DNA of 64,000 nt, taken from the NCBI GenBank assembly GCA_028821575.1, contig JAPPFW010000073.1, positions 11,434-75,433 of the forward strand, in the 5' to 3' direction. The position numbers and the translations under genes are program-made. Numbering within the stretch: position 1 is the stretch's first letter; every line of letters starts with the position of its first letter. This document shows positions 17,632-27,492 of the stretch, piece after piece. The notes under the pieces were generated by a model, which did not search any database, was not told where the DNA came from, and saw nothing but the letters and a program-made list of their open reading frames with translations. Origin of the DNA: a bacterium (lineage in GTDB: Bacteria; Actinomycetota; Acidimicrobiia; Spongiisociales; Spongiisociaceae).

Positions 17632-19197
17632 TTACCAGCGGGTGCCCTGGCCGGTTACCTCTTCGACGGGGAGCCTTATCGGGTAGCGGCTGCGGATCCA
17701 CTCGTCCTGGGCGCGGGTCACGTGGCCGGGGAAGTGGGTGCGCATGACCTTTCCTACGTGCTCATGGGCACGTTCGGCGGCGTTGGTGGCGCCCAGATCC
17801 CGCCAGTCGTCGGGGCTGTTGCGGTCACCGATCAGCGGGTACACGTACTCCCTCTGCATCAGGTGGAGGGTCTGGGCGCTTCCGAGGAAGTGGCCCGGGC
17901 CGGAGATCGTCTCCTGGATCACCTGGGCTGACAACGTGGAGTCATCGATGTCGATCCCCCGTATGGTGCGGTTGACCGACCCCAGCATGTCGTTGTCTAT
18001 CACCAGGGCTTCCAGCGAGAAGCCGAGCAGGGAAGCGAGCATTCCCGCCGATTCGTACACGAGGTTGGCCCCGGCCTGGCCCGCTAGGAGGGTGGTGATG
18101 CCCTTCTCGTAGCCGGCCTGGTTGTCGGGGAGCTTGGAGTCGGCCATACCGGCCGCCACTCCGGAGGGAAGGCCCAGCCAGTTGGCCAGCTGTGCGGCAG
18201 CCGCGTTCAGCACGGCTTCCTCTCCCGAGCCGCCGCTCATGGCGCCGGTACGCAGGTCAGACACGAACGGCCACAAGCCCATCACGCACGGATGGCCCGG
18301 ACTGATCAGATTCACGCTGGTGAGAGCGGCCAGGCACTCGGCGAGGGCTTGGACCAGCGAACCTCCCAGGGCGGCGGGGGAGGTGGCGCCGGCCTGGCCG
18401 GCCGAGAGCAGGTTGATGGGCATACCGGTCCGTATCTGGGCCACCATGCACTCGGTGGACTCGTAGGCGAAACGCAGGGGAGGTACCACGAAAGTGTTAT
18501 TGGCCGCTACGAAAGGACGGCGGCGGAACTCGCCTTCACCGCCCAGCACATAGTCGTACATCTCGACTACGTCGTAGACATGTTGCGGTCGGAAGAAGGA
18601 GGTTCCCTGCGGCTTGTCGGTGCCCATCATCGTCGCGTAGGCGGTGTTGATGTCTACCTCGCGGGACTCTTCAAGATCACGGGTGACGATGGTCCGCACG
18701 AAGAAGTGAATGTGTTCGAGGGTGTCGATCAGCCGAGCGGCGTCGTAGAGGTCGAGTGTGGTTGTGGGCCGGAACGTCCGGTCGTGGAAGTCAAGCATCA
18801 GGACGGCGGCGCCCGCCGTGCCGAAGTGCACCTTGGTGTCGGACAATTCGATGCTCTTGTCCTCGTCGATCCCGTGCCAGACCCAGGACTTGGCCGCTAC
18901 CTCTTCGACGATCCGCTGCACGACCGACCTCGGGTAGTGGAGCCTCCCCTTGTCGTCGAGGTGGCCTCCGGCTTCCGTGACCGCCTCCACGAACTCCGGG
19001 ATCGGGTCACCCATGCCGAGCTGTTCGATCAGATCGAGGGCCGTGTCGTACACCCGTTGCATGTCGGACTCGGTCAGCGGGGAGTAGGCGCCGCCTTTGA
19101 AGCCCGGACGGACGGCGCGCTCGTCGGCGGTGGGTCCTGCCGCCCGAGCCGCAACGCGCGCAGCCCGGCCTCCTGCTCTCCTGCGTCGGCGGGCCAT
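17632..19197 (-). CDS. MttB-superfamily (trimethylamine methyltransferase family) protein, non-pyrrolysine type. Quaternary-amine:corrinoid methyltransferase candidate
   Basis: 521 aa uninterrupted (no in-frame TAG). Arg-rich N-terminus (RRRRAGGRAARVAARAA) followed by ...LTESDMQRVYDTALDLIEQLG, typical of the family. Its start codon lies 1 nt after the stop of the upstream DMGDH-like gene. Confidence 0.8.
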   Translation of the reverse strand: MARRRRRAGGRAARVAARAAGPTADERAVRPGFKGGAYSPLTESDMQRVYDTALDLIEQLGMGDPIPEFVEAVTEAGGHLDDKGRLHYPRSVVQRIVEEVAAKSWVWHGIDEDKSIELSDTKVHFGTAGAAVLMLDFHDRTFRPTTTLDLYDAARLIDTLEHIHFFVRTIVTRDLEESREVDINTAYATMMGTDKPQGTSFFRPQHVYDVVEMYDYVLGGEGEFRRRPFVAANNTFVVPPLRFAYESTECMVAQIRTGMPINLLSAGQAGATSPAALGGSLVQALAECLAALTSVNLISPGHPCVMGLWPFVSDLRTGAMSGGSGEEAVLNAAAAQLANWLGLPSGVAAGMADSKLPDNQAGYEKGITTLLAGQAGANLVYESAGMLASLLGFSLEALVIDNDMLGSVNRTIRGIDIDDSTLSAQVIQETISGPGHFLGSAQTLHLMQREYVYPLIGDRNSPDDWRDLGATNAAERAHEHVGKVMRTHFPGHVTRAQDEWIRSRYPIRLPVEEVTGQGTRW

Positions 19198-19198
19198 G

Positions 19199-21616
19199 TC
19201 AGGCTCTCAGCCTTCGGCTCTTCGGGTCCCAGACCGCTTCGGACAACACGGTGGCGGTCCGGCGCCGGTTCATCACGTCGATCTCGAAGGTCGAGCCGGG
19301 AGCCTCGAGTTCCGGATCCACGTACGCGAACAGGATGCTCCGTCCTACCGAATGGGCCCAGGTTCCGCTGGTCGTGATCCCCATGATCCGGTCGCCGTCG
19401 TAGGTCGGCTCGTTGCCCAGGCAGTCGGCGTCGCCCTCGTCCAGCTCGGCGTAGACCAGGACCATGCTTAGCGGCTCGGCCTGGTCCCGCCGGGCTACGG
19501 TCGCTTCCTTGCCCTGGAAGTCCTTCCCGTAGTCGACGAAGCGGCCCAGGCGGGCCTCGACGGGGGTGATCTCGGTGGTGAGTTCGGAGCCGAACGCCTT
19601 GTATGCCTTCTCGATACGCATGGCGTTCATGGCTCGGCTGCCGAAGTCGACGATCCCGTGCGGGGCGCCGGCTTTGTGAATGGCCTCGTACGCCTCCACC
19701 ATGTGTTCCAAGGGTAGGTGCAGTTCCCAACCCAGCTCTCCCACGTAGGAGACGCGCAAGGCGATGCAGGGCGCTCCCGCCACCTCGGTCTCCTGGCCGG
19801 TCAGCCAAGGGAAGGCTTGGTTGGACAGGTCCGCCTCGGTGAGCCCGGCCAGCACGTCCCGGGAGCGGGGTCCGGTGACCGCCAGGATTCCGGTCCGGTC
19901 GGTGACGTCGGTGACGGTGACATCCTCGCCCTCGCGGATGTGAAAGGCCAGCCAGTCGAAGTCATGGGCCTGGCCGACGACCGCCGAGTTCAGGTAGAAG
20001 CGATCGGGTGCGAGCCGGGTGATGGTCATCTCCGTCTCGATGCCGCCCAGCGTGGTGAGCATGTGTACCAGGCGTATTCCCCCGTCCCGCACGGGTAGCC
20101 GGTTGGCCGACAGCCGGTCGAGCAGGGCTGCGGCGTCGGCCCCCGTGACCTCGAACTTGGCGAACGCGGTCAGGTCCGCGACGCCCACCCTCTCCCGGAT
20201 GGACCGCACCTCGATCCCCACCTCGTCGTGGGCCGAGGAGCGGCGGAAGGAGTAGATCTCGGGATCGGGGGAGAAGTACATGGCCCGCTCCCAGCCCCAG
20301 ACCTCCTGCCAGCGGGCCCCCTTGGCGTGGAGGATGTCGTAGAGGGGGGTCTTCTTCATGGGGCGGCCCGCGTCCCGGTACTCGTTGGGCATCCGCACCT
20401 GGTACATCTCGTGGAACTCGTCGATGGATCGTTCGTGGGTGTAGCGGCCGGGTGCGTACGGACCGAACCGGCGGGGATCCATGTTGGCCACGTTGATCTC
20501 GGTCTGGCCGTGGACCATCCACTGCGCCAGGTACTTGCCCGCGCCGGGTCCCTGGGTTATGCCGATAGAGGCGCCCGCGCAGTACCAGTAGTTGCGAAGC
20601 CCCGGCGCGGGTCCCATCAGGTAACCGGCGTCCGGTGTGTGGGTGATCGGTCCGGAGACCACCTGCTTGATCCCGGCGCCGGCGAAGCAGGGAAGTCGCT
20701 GGGCGGCGAACTCCAGCCAAGGCAGGAGGCGGTCCAACTCGACCGGCGTGAGGTGAAAGGTCAGGTCCCAGTCGATCCCTTCCACGCCGTACTCCTTGGC
20801 GTCCTCCCGCTCGTAGGGTCCGATGATGAGCCCATCGTGTTCCTGGCGGTAGTAGCACGATGCTCGCGGATCGCGGACAACGGGATGTTCGGTTTCCAGG
20901 GCCGCGACCTCCTCGATGCGCTCGGTGACCAGGTACTGGTGGATCACCGATTCGATCGGCACATCCAGGCCCACCATCGCACCGAGCTGCGGGGTGTAGG
21001 AACCGGCCGCGTTGACGACGTGCTCGGCCACCACGCGGCCCTTCTCGGTGATGACCTCCCAGCGCCCGTCCGGGAGTTGGTTCATGTCGGTGACCCGGTT
21101 CTTGCGGCTGATCTCGGCGCCGAGCTTGCGGGCCCCGATCGCCATCGTGTTTGTGGCTGCGGAGGGATCGGTCCATCCGTCGCCGGGCGTCCACAGACCC
21201 AGCTTGATATCCGGCTCCACGTCGAGCAAGGGGGCGACCTCGGTGATCTCTGAGGGACCAAGGAGGTGGCACTCCACGCCGATGTACTGCAGGATGCCCT
21301 TGACGTAGTAGAACCAGTCGACCTCATTGTCGTATCGGGCCAGGCGTACCGCTCCGCACCCGTGCCAGCCCGAGTGCATACCGGTTTCCTCTTCGATCAC
21401 CTTGTAGAGGTCGGCGGTGTCCCGGTGGACCTTGGCCACATTGAGGTCACCGATGAAGTGGGGGATCAGTCCTGCCGCGTGCCAAGTGGAGCCGGATGTG
21501 AGCTCGTCCTTCTCGATGAGGATGGTGTCGGTCCAGCCCTCGTGGGCGAGGAAGTACAACAGGCCGACGCCCATGGCGCCTCCGCCTACGATCGCAACTC
21601 GGACCTCATCGCGCAT
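19199..21616 (-). CDS. dimethylglycine/sarcosine dehydrogenase-family flavoenzyme (FAD domain plus GcvT-like THF-binding domain), paralog 1
   Basis: 805 aa. N-terminal VAIVGGGAMG and SGSTWHAAG. C-terminal aminomethyltransferase-fold region (VSYVGELGWELH). Confidence 0.85.
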   Translation of the reverse strand: MRDEVRVAIVGGGAMGVGLLYFLAHEGWTDTILIEKDELTSGSTWHAAGLIPHFIGDLNVAKVHRDTADLYKVIEEETGMHSGWHGCGAVRLARYDNEVDWFYYVKGILQYIGVECHLLGPSEITEVAPLLDVEPDIKLGLWTPGDGWTDPSAATNTMAIGARKLGAEISRKNRVTDMNQLPDGRWEVITEKGRVVAEHVVNAAGSYTPQLGAMVGLDVPIESVIHQYLVTERIEEVAALETEHPVVRDPRASCYYRQEHDGLIIGPYEREDAKEYGVEGIDWDLTFHLTPVELDRLLPWLEFAAQRLPCFAGAGIKQVVSGPITHTPDAGYLMGPAPGLRNYWYCAGASIGITQGPGAGKYLAQWMVHGQTEINVANMDPRRFGPYAPGRYTHERSIDEFHEMYQVRMPNEYRDAGRPMKKTPLYDILHAKGARWQEVWGWERAMYFSPDPEIYSFRRSSAHDEVGIEVRSIRERVGVADLTAFAKFEVTGADAAALLDRLSANRLPVRDGGIRLVHMLTTLGGIETEMTITRLAPDRFYLNSAVVGQAHDFDWLAFHIREGEDVTVTDVTDRTGILAVTGPRSRDVLAGLTEADLSNQAFPWLTGQETEVAGAPCIALRVSYVGELGWELHLPLEHMVEAYEAIHKAGAPHGIVDFGSRAMNAMRIEKAYKAFGSELTTEITPVEARLGRFVDYGKDFQGKEATVARRDQAEPLSMVLVYAELDEGDADCLGNEPTYDGDRIMGITTSGTWAHSVGRSILFAYVDPELEAPGSTFEIDVMNRRRTATVLSEAVWDPKSRRLRA

Positions 21617-21748
21617 GGTCGTCCTCCGGCGACTTCGGGTGCGGGGCTTCCTTCACTCTGGTTGGTGCGGGTGATGATCCCCGGACAAGACGAGGATAGT
21701 GCGTCGGCGAAGGCCTGTAGCTTCCAGCGTGGCGATGTCCGGCTCGAC

Positions 21749-22687
21749 TCAGAGTCTTGTAAGAAGGTATTGGGCGGCCATCAGGTCCAGGTGGCCGCCG
21801 CCGGCGTTCTTGAACAAGGTAATGTCGTCGTGGCCGGTCCGACCATGAACTGTGCCTGTGGCCAGTTGGTAGTGGTCGCCGATGATGTCCTCGGCTTCGA
21901 TGACTCCGGACGCGATGGGGATACCGATCTCGCCGGTGTCGAAGGCCGATTGGCGCGAGTCCACGAACACCCGGGATCGAGAGATCGCGTTGTCGTCGAC
22001 CTCTCGCATGTGGGGAAGGTAGGAGCCGACCAGGTCGAGGTGGGTGCCGGGACGCAACCAGGAGCCCCTGATGAGCGGCTCCACCGCCATGGTCGCACAC
22101 GACACGATGTCGGCTGTCCCGACCGCTGCCTCGAGAGCGGTGGTCACTGTCGGATCGAGGTCTGCCAACTCGGCTGCCAGGGCTTCCGCTCGGGCAGCAG
22201 TCCGGTTCCAGATGGTTACCTCCCGGACCGACGGGCAAGCTGCCAGATGTGCCCGGATGAGATGCGGCGCCATGGAGCCCGCCCCTACCATCAGCAGGCT
22301 CGTGGCGCCGGGTCGGACGAGGTACCTGGATGCGAGAGCGGAGTCGCAAGCGGTCTTGAACCAGGTGAGGGCGTTGCCGACTATCACGGCGCGTTCCTGG
22401 CCGGTGGTCGGGTCGAACGCTACGTAGACGGTGTGAATGGAGGGGAGTTCGGTGTTACCCGGGAAGATGGTGGCCAGCTTGATGCCCAAGCCGGCTCCGG
22501 TGGCGAATCCGGCTCTGGCCAGCAGCCCGTTGCCGCTGCCGTCATCCGTGTAGAGGTCGGTCACCTGAGCCGGGGTCACTCGATGACAGGCCTCGAAGAA
22601 GTCGATCAGCGGTTCGTAGTCCAGCCACTCCAAGGCGTCTTGATGGGACACGACCTGCATGGCAGGCAGGCTAGTGCCAGCCACCAA
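21749..22687 (-). CDS. ornithine cyclodeaminase / mu-crystallin family protein
   Basis: 312 aa. Central Rossmann motif (LLMVGAGSMAP) and overall length typical of the OCD/mu-crystallin family. Confidence 0.7.
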   Translation of the reverse strand: MVAGTSLPAMQVVSHQDALEWLDYEPLIDFFEACHRVTPAQVTDLYTDDGSGNGLLARAGFATGAGLGIKLATIFPGNTELPSIHTVYVAFDPTTGQERAVIVGNALTWFKTACDSALASRYLVRPGATSLLMVGAGSMAPHLIRAHLAACPSVREVTIWNRTAARAEALAAELADLDPTVTTALEAAVGTADIVSCATMAVEPLIRGSWLRPGTHLDLVGSYLPHMREVDDNAISRSRVFVDSRQSAFDTGEIGIPIASGVIEAEDIIGDHYQLATGTVHGRTGHDDITLFKNAGGGHLDLMAAQYLLTRL

Positions 22688-22694
22688 CCACCAG

Positions 22695-25460
22695 TCACCC
22701 CGTATTGCGCATGCCTGCTGCGATCCCGTTGATGGTCAGGAGGAGGCCGCGCTGGTACCTGTCCGGATCGCCTGAGCGGGACCGTTGGAGCAACTCGACC
22801 TGCAGGAGGTTGAGCGGGTCGAGGTAGGCGTCCCTCACGGCGAGAGTGCGGCGCAGGATAGGGCGGTCCGCCAGCAGGTCTGCCTGTGTGACCCGACCGA
22901 GAGCCGTGATGGTACGGCCGTACTCCGTGCTGATCATGTCGAACATGCCGTGGTGTTCGGCGGATACCAGGTGATCTACGTATTGGCGGGCGATCGACAG
23001 GTCCGTCTTGACCAAGGTCATCTCCACATTCGAGACAAAAGTCCGGAAAAAGGGCCATTCCCGGTACATCCGGGCCAGTTCCTCGCTGTCTCCGGATCTG
23101 AACGCCGCCTCGAGGCCGCTGCCCACTCCGTACCAGCCCGGAATGATCTGGCGTGACTGTGTCCAACCGAATACCCACGGGATTGCCCGCAGGTTGCTCA
23201 AGCCGATCCTCTGGCGGGTCCTCCTGGCGGGGCGGGATCCGATGTTGAGGAGGCTCAACTCCTCCACCGGAGTGGACGTGGTGAAGTACTCGACCATGCC
23301 GGGGTTTTCGATGAACTGCCGGTAGGCTCTGAACGCGGCGGCGGACACGAGGTCCATGACGCGGTACCACCGCTTAACGTCCTCTATGGCATGGTCGGGA
23401 GTACGGCGGGCCAGGGAGGCCTCTACCAGCGCCGAGAGGGCCAGTTCGAGATTCTGCGAAGCGAGAGCCGGAAGTCCGTACTTGTCGGCGATGACCTCAC
23501 CCTGCTCGGTGAGCTTCATGACGCCGTCCAGTGCTCCGTACGGCTGGCTGAGTATGGCGGCATGGGTGGGTCCCCCGCCCCTGCCGATGGATCCGCCCCG
23601 CCCATGGAAGACCTCGATCCGGATCCCGGTGCGTTGCGAGAGGTCGCGGATGGCGACCAACGACTTGTGGATCTCCCATTGGGAGGTGGTGATTCCCCCG
23701 TCCTTGTTCGAGTCGGAGTACCCGACCATCACTTCCTGGGTGTTGTCTCGAAGTGCAAGGAGCTGGCGGTAGGCGGGTACCTCGAACAGTTCCTCGAGGA
23801 TGGGACCGATCGACCTCAGGTCGTCGATGGTCTCGAACAGAGGGACGAACCCAAGGCGGGCCACAGCCCGGGTCGGGTCGACCAGACCTACCTCGCGGGC
23901 CAGGACCACCGGCGCCAGGATGTCGTCGACGCCCCGGGTCATGGAGACGATGTAAGACTCGACGACCTGGTCCCCGTGTTGGTCCAGCAGGGTGCGGAGC
24001 AGCCCGAACAACTCCAGCGTCTCGTCGACGGATCCGTTGGCCGGCGGGGCCAGCGGACGGGATCCTGATAGTTCACCGGCGAGGAACAGGGTTCGGTCGC
24101 CGCGGCCGAGCTCACGGTACTCGGTGTCCAGAAAGGCCGTCAGCCTGGCGATGGCGCGATGGTGGTGATCGGCGTGCTGGCGTATGTCGAGCGCGGCTAG
24201 GTGGAACCCGACCGTCGCGGCCATACTCCTGATCCGGGCCAGCTTCCCTCGGGCGATCAGCAGGCCTCGGTTCGCGCGCAAGGATGCGTCGATCAGAGCC
24301 AGGTCGGCGAGCAGTTCCGGCGGACCCGTATAGGCATGAGGACCCCCAGCAAGCGTGTCCGCCAGTCGCAAGCTGATAATCATCAACGCTTGGCGGTAAG
24401 GCTCGAGGTCCCTCGTCTCCCTCAAACAGTCGTGGTGGGACTCCCGGTACCGGTCTATAAAGCCTGCGAGGGCACCCGACGCGTGGGCAACACGGGTACT
24501 GATGCTCAACTCGGCTGCCAGGCCTTCCACCTCAGCTTTCAGCAGTTCCAGAGCCGCCCTCCGTTGCTGTTGCAGAACGGTCCGGGTCATCGACAGCGTG
24601 ACGTTGGGGTTTCCGTCCCGGTCGCCGCCAACCCACGAGCCGAACCGGATCGGGCTGTGGTCCCCGTCGAGTTCCCCCCCGATCAACCCCACTGCGGCAG
24701 CGATGTCATCCAGCAACCCCGGTACCGCTTCGCGGATCGTCTGTTCCAGGTAGTGGCGCACGAAGCGAGCCTCGTCGATGGGCGTAGGTCGTTGGTTCCG
24801 GATCTCGTCTGTCTGCCAGATGGCTTCGATCAACTCGGCGACCCTCCGGTCGATCCTTGCCCGGTCGGCCCGGGAGGCCCGGGGATTGCCCCGCGATGCC
24901 GTAGCCTGTGCGATTTCGGTCAGCTTCTCGAGGATGGTGCGTCGGGTCGCCTCGGTCGGGTGGGCGGTGAAGACCGGCTTCAGCGTCACCCGGTTCAGCA
25001 AGGTGACCACCTCGTTGGGGGAGATACCGGTTTCCACCAGGCCGATCAGGCACTCCTCGATCCCCTGTTCCGGCGTGTGTCCCTCGACGTTCAGGTCTTC
25101 GACACGATGCACCTGCTCGATGATGTTGGCCAGATGGAAGTAGACGGTGAAGGCCCGAACCACCTGCACGGCGAATCCGAGGTCCATGTTCTGGAGGAGA
25201 GAGGACAGTTCACGGGATACGTCAGCCTGTTCGTGCCGCAGTCGGCGCGAAAGGGTGCGGACCCGTTCCACGGAGTCGAGCAATTCGGGGCCATGCTGGC
25301 TGACCAGGGTGGCGCCCAACTGCCGGCCGAGTCGCCGGATATCCGAGCGCAGGCCGGCATCTATCAGATCCGAGGGGTCGATGCGGGTGACAACATCCGT
25401 CATGGATCTCGGAGGGTACTGAAACCCGGGCAAGATTCCTTCTTCGGCATCCCTGTCCAT
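22695..25460 (-). CDS. ppc: phosphoenolpyruvate carboxylase
   Basis: Motifs VGYSDSNKDGG, FHGRGGSIGRGGGP and the C-terminal NGIAAGMRNTG. The tracked 998-aa ORF is over-extended. ATG at 25460 (MDRDAEEG) or 25403 (MTDVVTRID) is the probable start. Confidence 0.9.
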   Translation of the reverse strand: MDRDAEEGILPGFQYPPRSMTDVVTRIDPSDLIDAGLRSDIRRLGRQLGATLVSQHGPELLDSVERVRTLSRRLRHEQADVSRELSSLLQNMDLGFAVQVVRAFTVYFHLANIIEQVHRVEDLNVEGHTPEQGIEECLIGLVETGISPNEVVTLLNRVTLKPVFTAHPTEATRRTILEKLTEIAQATASRGNPRASRADRARIDRRVAELIEAIWQTDEIRNQRPTPIDEARFVRHYLEQTIREAVPGLLDDIAAAVGLIGGELDGDHSPIRFGSWVGGDRDGNPNVTLSMTRTVLQQQRRAALELLKAEVEGLAAELSISTRVAHASGALAGFIDRYRESHHDCLRETRDLEPYRQALMIISLRLADTLAGGPHAYTGPPELLADLALIDASLRANRGLLIARGKLARIRSMAATVGFHLAALDIRQHADHHHRAIARLTAFLDTEYRELGRGDRTLFLAGELSGSRPLAPPANGSVDETLELFGLLRTLLDQHGDQVVESYIVSMTRGVDDILAPVVLAREVGLVDPTRAVARLGFVPLFETIDDLRSIGPILEELFEVPAYRQLLALRDNTQEVMVGYSDSNKDGGITTSQWEIHKSLVAIRDLSQRTGIRIEVFHGRGGSIGRGGGPTHAAILSQPYGALDGVMKLTEQGEVIADKYGLPALASQNLELALSALVEASLARRTPDHAIEDVKRWYRVMDLVSAAAFRAYRQFIENPGMVEYFTTSTPVEELSLLNIGSRPARRTRQRIGLSNLRAIPWVFGWTQSRQIIPGWYGVGSGLEAAFRSGDSEELARMYREWPFFRTFVSNVEMTLVKTDLSIARQYVDHLVSAEHHGMFDMISTEYGRTITALGRVTQADLLADRPILRRTLAVRDAYLDPLNLLQVELLQRSRSGDPDRYQRGLLLTINGIAAGMRNTG

Positions 25461-25679
25461 GGGTGATCCGGACCCGCGGGTCGGTCTTCCACCTATATAT
25501 TCCAACCTATACGGGCACACGGCCTTACCGATAGCAACCGCAACGAGGGGTCGGGAGGGGATATGCGGGCATGCCGGACGCTGATTGATCTCGTGGCGGA
25601 GATCGAGGAAGGCGGAGGAGGCCGGGGATCCCCGCGGCGTACCTCCGGGACAGGACGGACCACCGGCGGGCCGAGCGCC

Positions 25680-25928
25680 ATGGAGGCGCATTCGCTGCGA
25701 GGCCTACGGCTCTCGCGCGAGGTTACCCAGACCGAGCTTGCTCGCCGTCTGGGCCGCGCCCAATCGGCGGTGTCGATCATGGAGAGCAGCGAGGACCATC
25801 TGATGTCCACTGTGAGATCGGTCGTAGAGGGTCTGGGCGGATGCATCGAGGTGGTTGCCGTGTTCGCTGATGAAAGTGTTCCGCTGGTGGTACCTGCCCG
25901 GCCACCCCGCTCGTCGGGGGACGGCTGA
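25680..25928 (+). CDS. XRE-family helix-turn-helix protein
   Basis: 83 aa from the ATG at 25680. LRGLRLSREVTQTELARRLGRAQSAVSIMES is a classic HTH_3 motif. The part of the tracked ORF upstream of 25680 is G/R-rich and probably untranslated. Confidence 0.6.
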   Translation: MEAHSLRGLRLSREVTQTELARRLGRAQSAVSIMESSEDHLMSTVRSVVEGLGGCIEVVAVFADESVPLVVPARPPRSSGDG

Positions 25929-25939
25929 TCTCAGCGAAA

Positions 25940-25970
25940 CCTTGAGGGCGCCGTATCGGCGCCCTCAAGG
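25940..25970. terminator. perfect 14-bp-stem hairpin between convergent genes (bidirectional terminator candidate)
   Basis: ccttgagggcgccg-tat-cggcgccctcaagg, lying between the XRE stop (25928) and the proX1 stop (25999). Confidence 0.7.
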
Positions 25971-25998
25971 TGTGTAGTCGGGTTGTGACGGGATCGGA

Positions 25999-27426
25999 CT
26001 AGGCGGCGGCCTTCGCCTCCGCGATCCAGGCGTCCACTTGGGCCTGGTTGGTGGCGATCCACTCTGCAACGAGGGTGGCGACATCCTCGCCGGCATCTTG
26101 CCGGACGATCTGGAGCGACACGTCGACGACGTTGAGCTTCACGATCTCGAGCAGCTTGGCTGCGGCCGGGTGGTTGGCCAGCATGTCGTGGCGTGCCGAA
26201 GCGATCACGTCGGCTGCCACCCAACCGATGTCGCAGACACCGTCGTCCGCCGCGCTCGGGCAGGACTCGGGGCCGATCGCAGAAGTGGTGCCGGGCCTCT
26301 GGTCCCACTCCTCGCCGCCTTCACGGCCGAGCGGGTTCGAGTCATCGATCGGGCTCTCGACCCCTATCCATACGACGTTGTCGCCCGGACGCAGAGCCGT
26401 GATGTACGAACTCGGGGTCCACGTATACGCGACCATCGGCTCGCCCGCATCCGCCTTGGCCGTAGCCTCGGCGAACATGGCGTCGTAGCCGGCGAGCACC
26501 TGGTCGATGTTCTCCCAGCCCGAGTGGGCAATCTGGCTCTGGATGATGTCATCACAGGTCCAACTCTCGGGGCATCCGTAGATATCGGCTATGCCGTTGC
26601 CCGGGTTCGGGTCCTGAGCGTCATAGGCGGCAATGGCATCGGGATTGTTGTTCAGATCGTCGAGGGTATTGATGCCGTAGTCCTCCGCGAAGGACTTGGT
26701 GACAAGGTAACCCTGCAGGCCGCCGGCGAGCATCAACTCGCCTACCCGCCTCACATGCTCACCGACCAGGGAGCCGTCCGGCATCTCGGCCGCCAGCCAG
26801 CTGTTGTGACCGGGATACCAGCTGTTGACCCAGAAGTCGGCCTCGCCCTGGGCCATTGCCAGGTAGGCCAGGTTGGGGCCCAACTCGAGATCGGCCGGGT
26901 CGCTCACCTCGTAGCCCAGCATCTGCATCATTTGGCGCATCAACTCGGCCTGGAAGTAGCCGGTAGACCAGTTGGCGCGTGCCATCGTCAAGCTGACACC
27001 CTCACCGGGGAGCCTCATGGCCTCCGCTTCCATCCTGGCCTGCTCCGCGGCGGCCTCCTCCGCGGCCGCCGCCTCCATGGCTTCGGCCTCTTCCAGCGCA
27101 GCTTGAGCCTCTGCCATCATGGCCTCGGCCTCGGCCTGCGCCTCATCGGCCATGGCCCGCTCTTCGTCCGACATGGCTTCGGCCTCTTGCGCCATGGATT
27201 CGGCATTCGCCGCTGCGGCTTCGGCCTCCTCCATCATGGCTTCGGCATTGTCCATCATGGCTTGAGCCTCAGCCAGCGCTTCCTCGTCCACCACAACCTC
27301 TGTCACGGTCACCGTCGCCGGGGGTGCCGTCGTAGCAGGTTCATCAGCGGTGTCATCTCCACAGGCAGCTGCCACGAGAGCGAGAACAGCCAAGACTGCG
27401 GTGACTCTGATACTGAGTTTCATCAT
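25999..27426 (-). CDS. proX: glycine betaine/quaternary-amine ABC transporter substrate-binding lipoprotein with a long Ala/Glu/Met-rich spacer
   Basis: 475 aa. Signal peptide plus lipobox (LALVAAACGDD), a roughly 90-aa A/E/M-rich low-complexity helix, then an OpuAC-type domain (SLTMARANWSTGYFQAEL..., FWVNSWYPGH). Confidence 0.8.
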   Translation of the reverse strand: MMKLSIRVTAVLAVLALVAAACGDDTADEPATTAPPATVTVTEVVVDEEALAEAQAMMDNAEAMMEEAEAAAANAESMAQEAEAMSDEERAMADEAQAEAEAMMAEAQAALEEAEAMEAAAAEEAAAEQARMEAEAMRLPGEGVSLTMARANWSTGYFQAELMRQMMQMLGYEVSDPADLELGPNLAYLAMAQGEADFWVNSWYPGHNSWLAAEMPDGSLVGEHVRRVGELMLAGGLQGYLVTKSFAEDYGINTLDDLNNNPDAIAAYDAQDPNPGNGIADIYGCPESWTCDDIIQSQIAHSGWENIDQVLAGYDAMFAEATAKADAGEPMVAYTWTPSSYITALRPGDNVVWIGVESPIDDSNPLGREGGEEWDQRPGTTSAIGPESCPSAADDGVCDIGWVAADVIASARHDMLANHPAAAKLLEIVKLNVVDVSLQIVRQDAGEDVATLVAEWIATNQAQVDAWIAEAKAAA

Positions 27427-27492
27427 GCTCCTTTCTTGTTCGTTTCTTGAATTCGGTTTGGCGGGAGTCCCTGCTCCCGCGTGGGTGGGGGT

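Noticed and set aside
17632-19197. Possible pyrrolysine (in-frame TAG) in the MttB-family gene, as in methanogen TMA methyltransferases.
   Set aside because: The 521-codon frame is uninterrupted, and no pylTSBCD-like genes are in the window. It belongs to the non-Pyl branch. For the second copy (63721-) only 93 codons are visible, so this cannot be excluded there.
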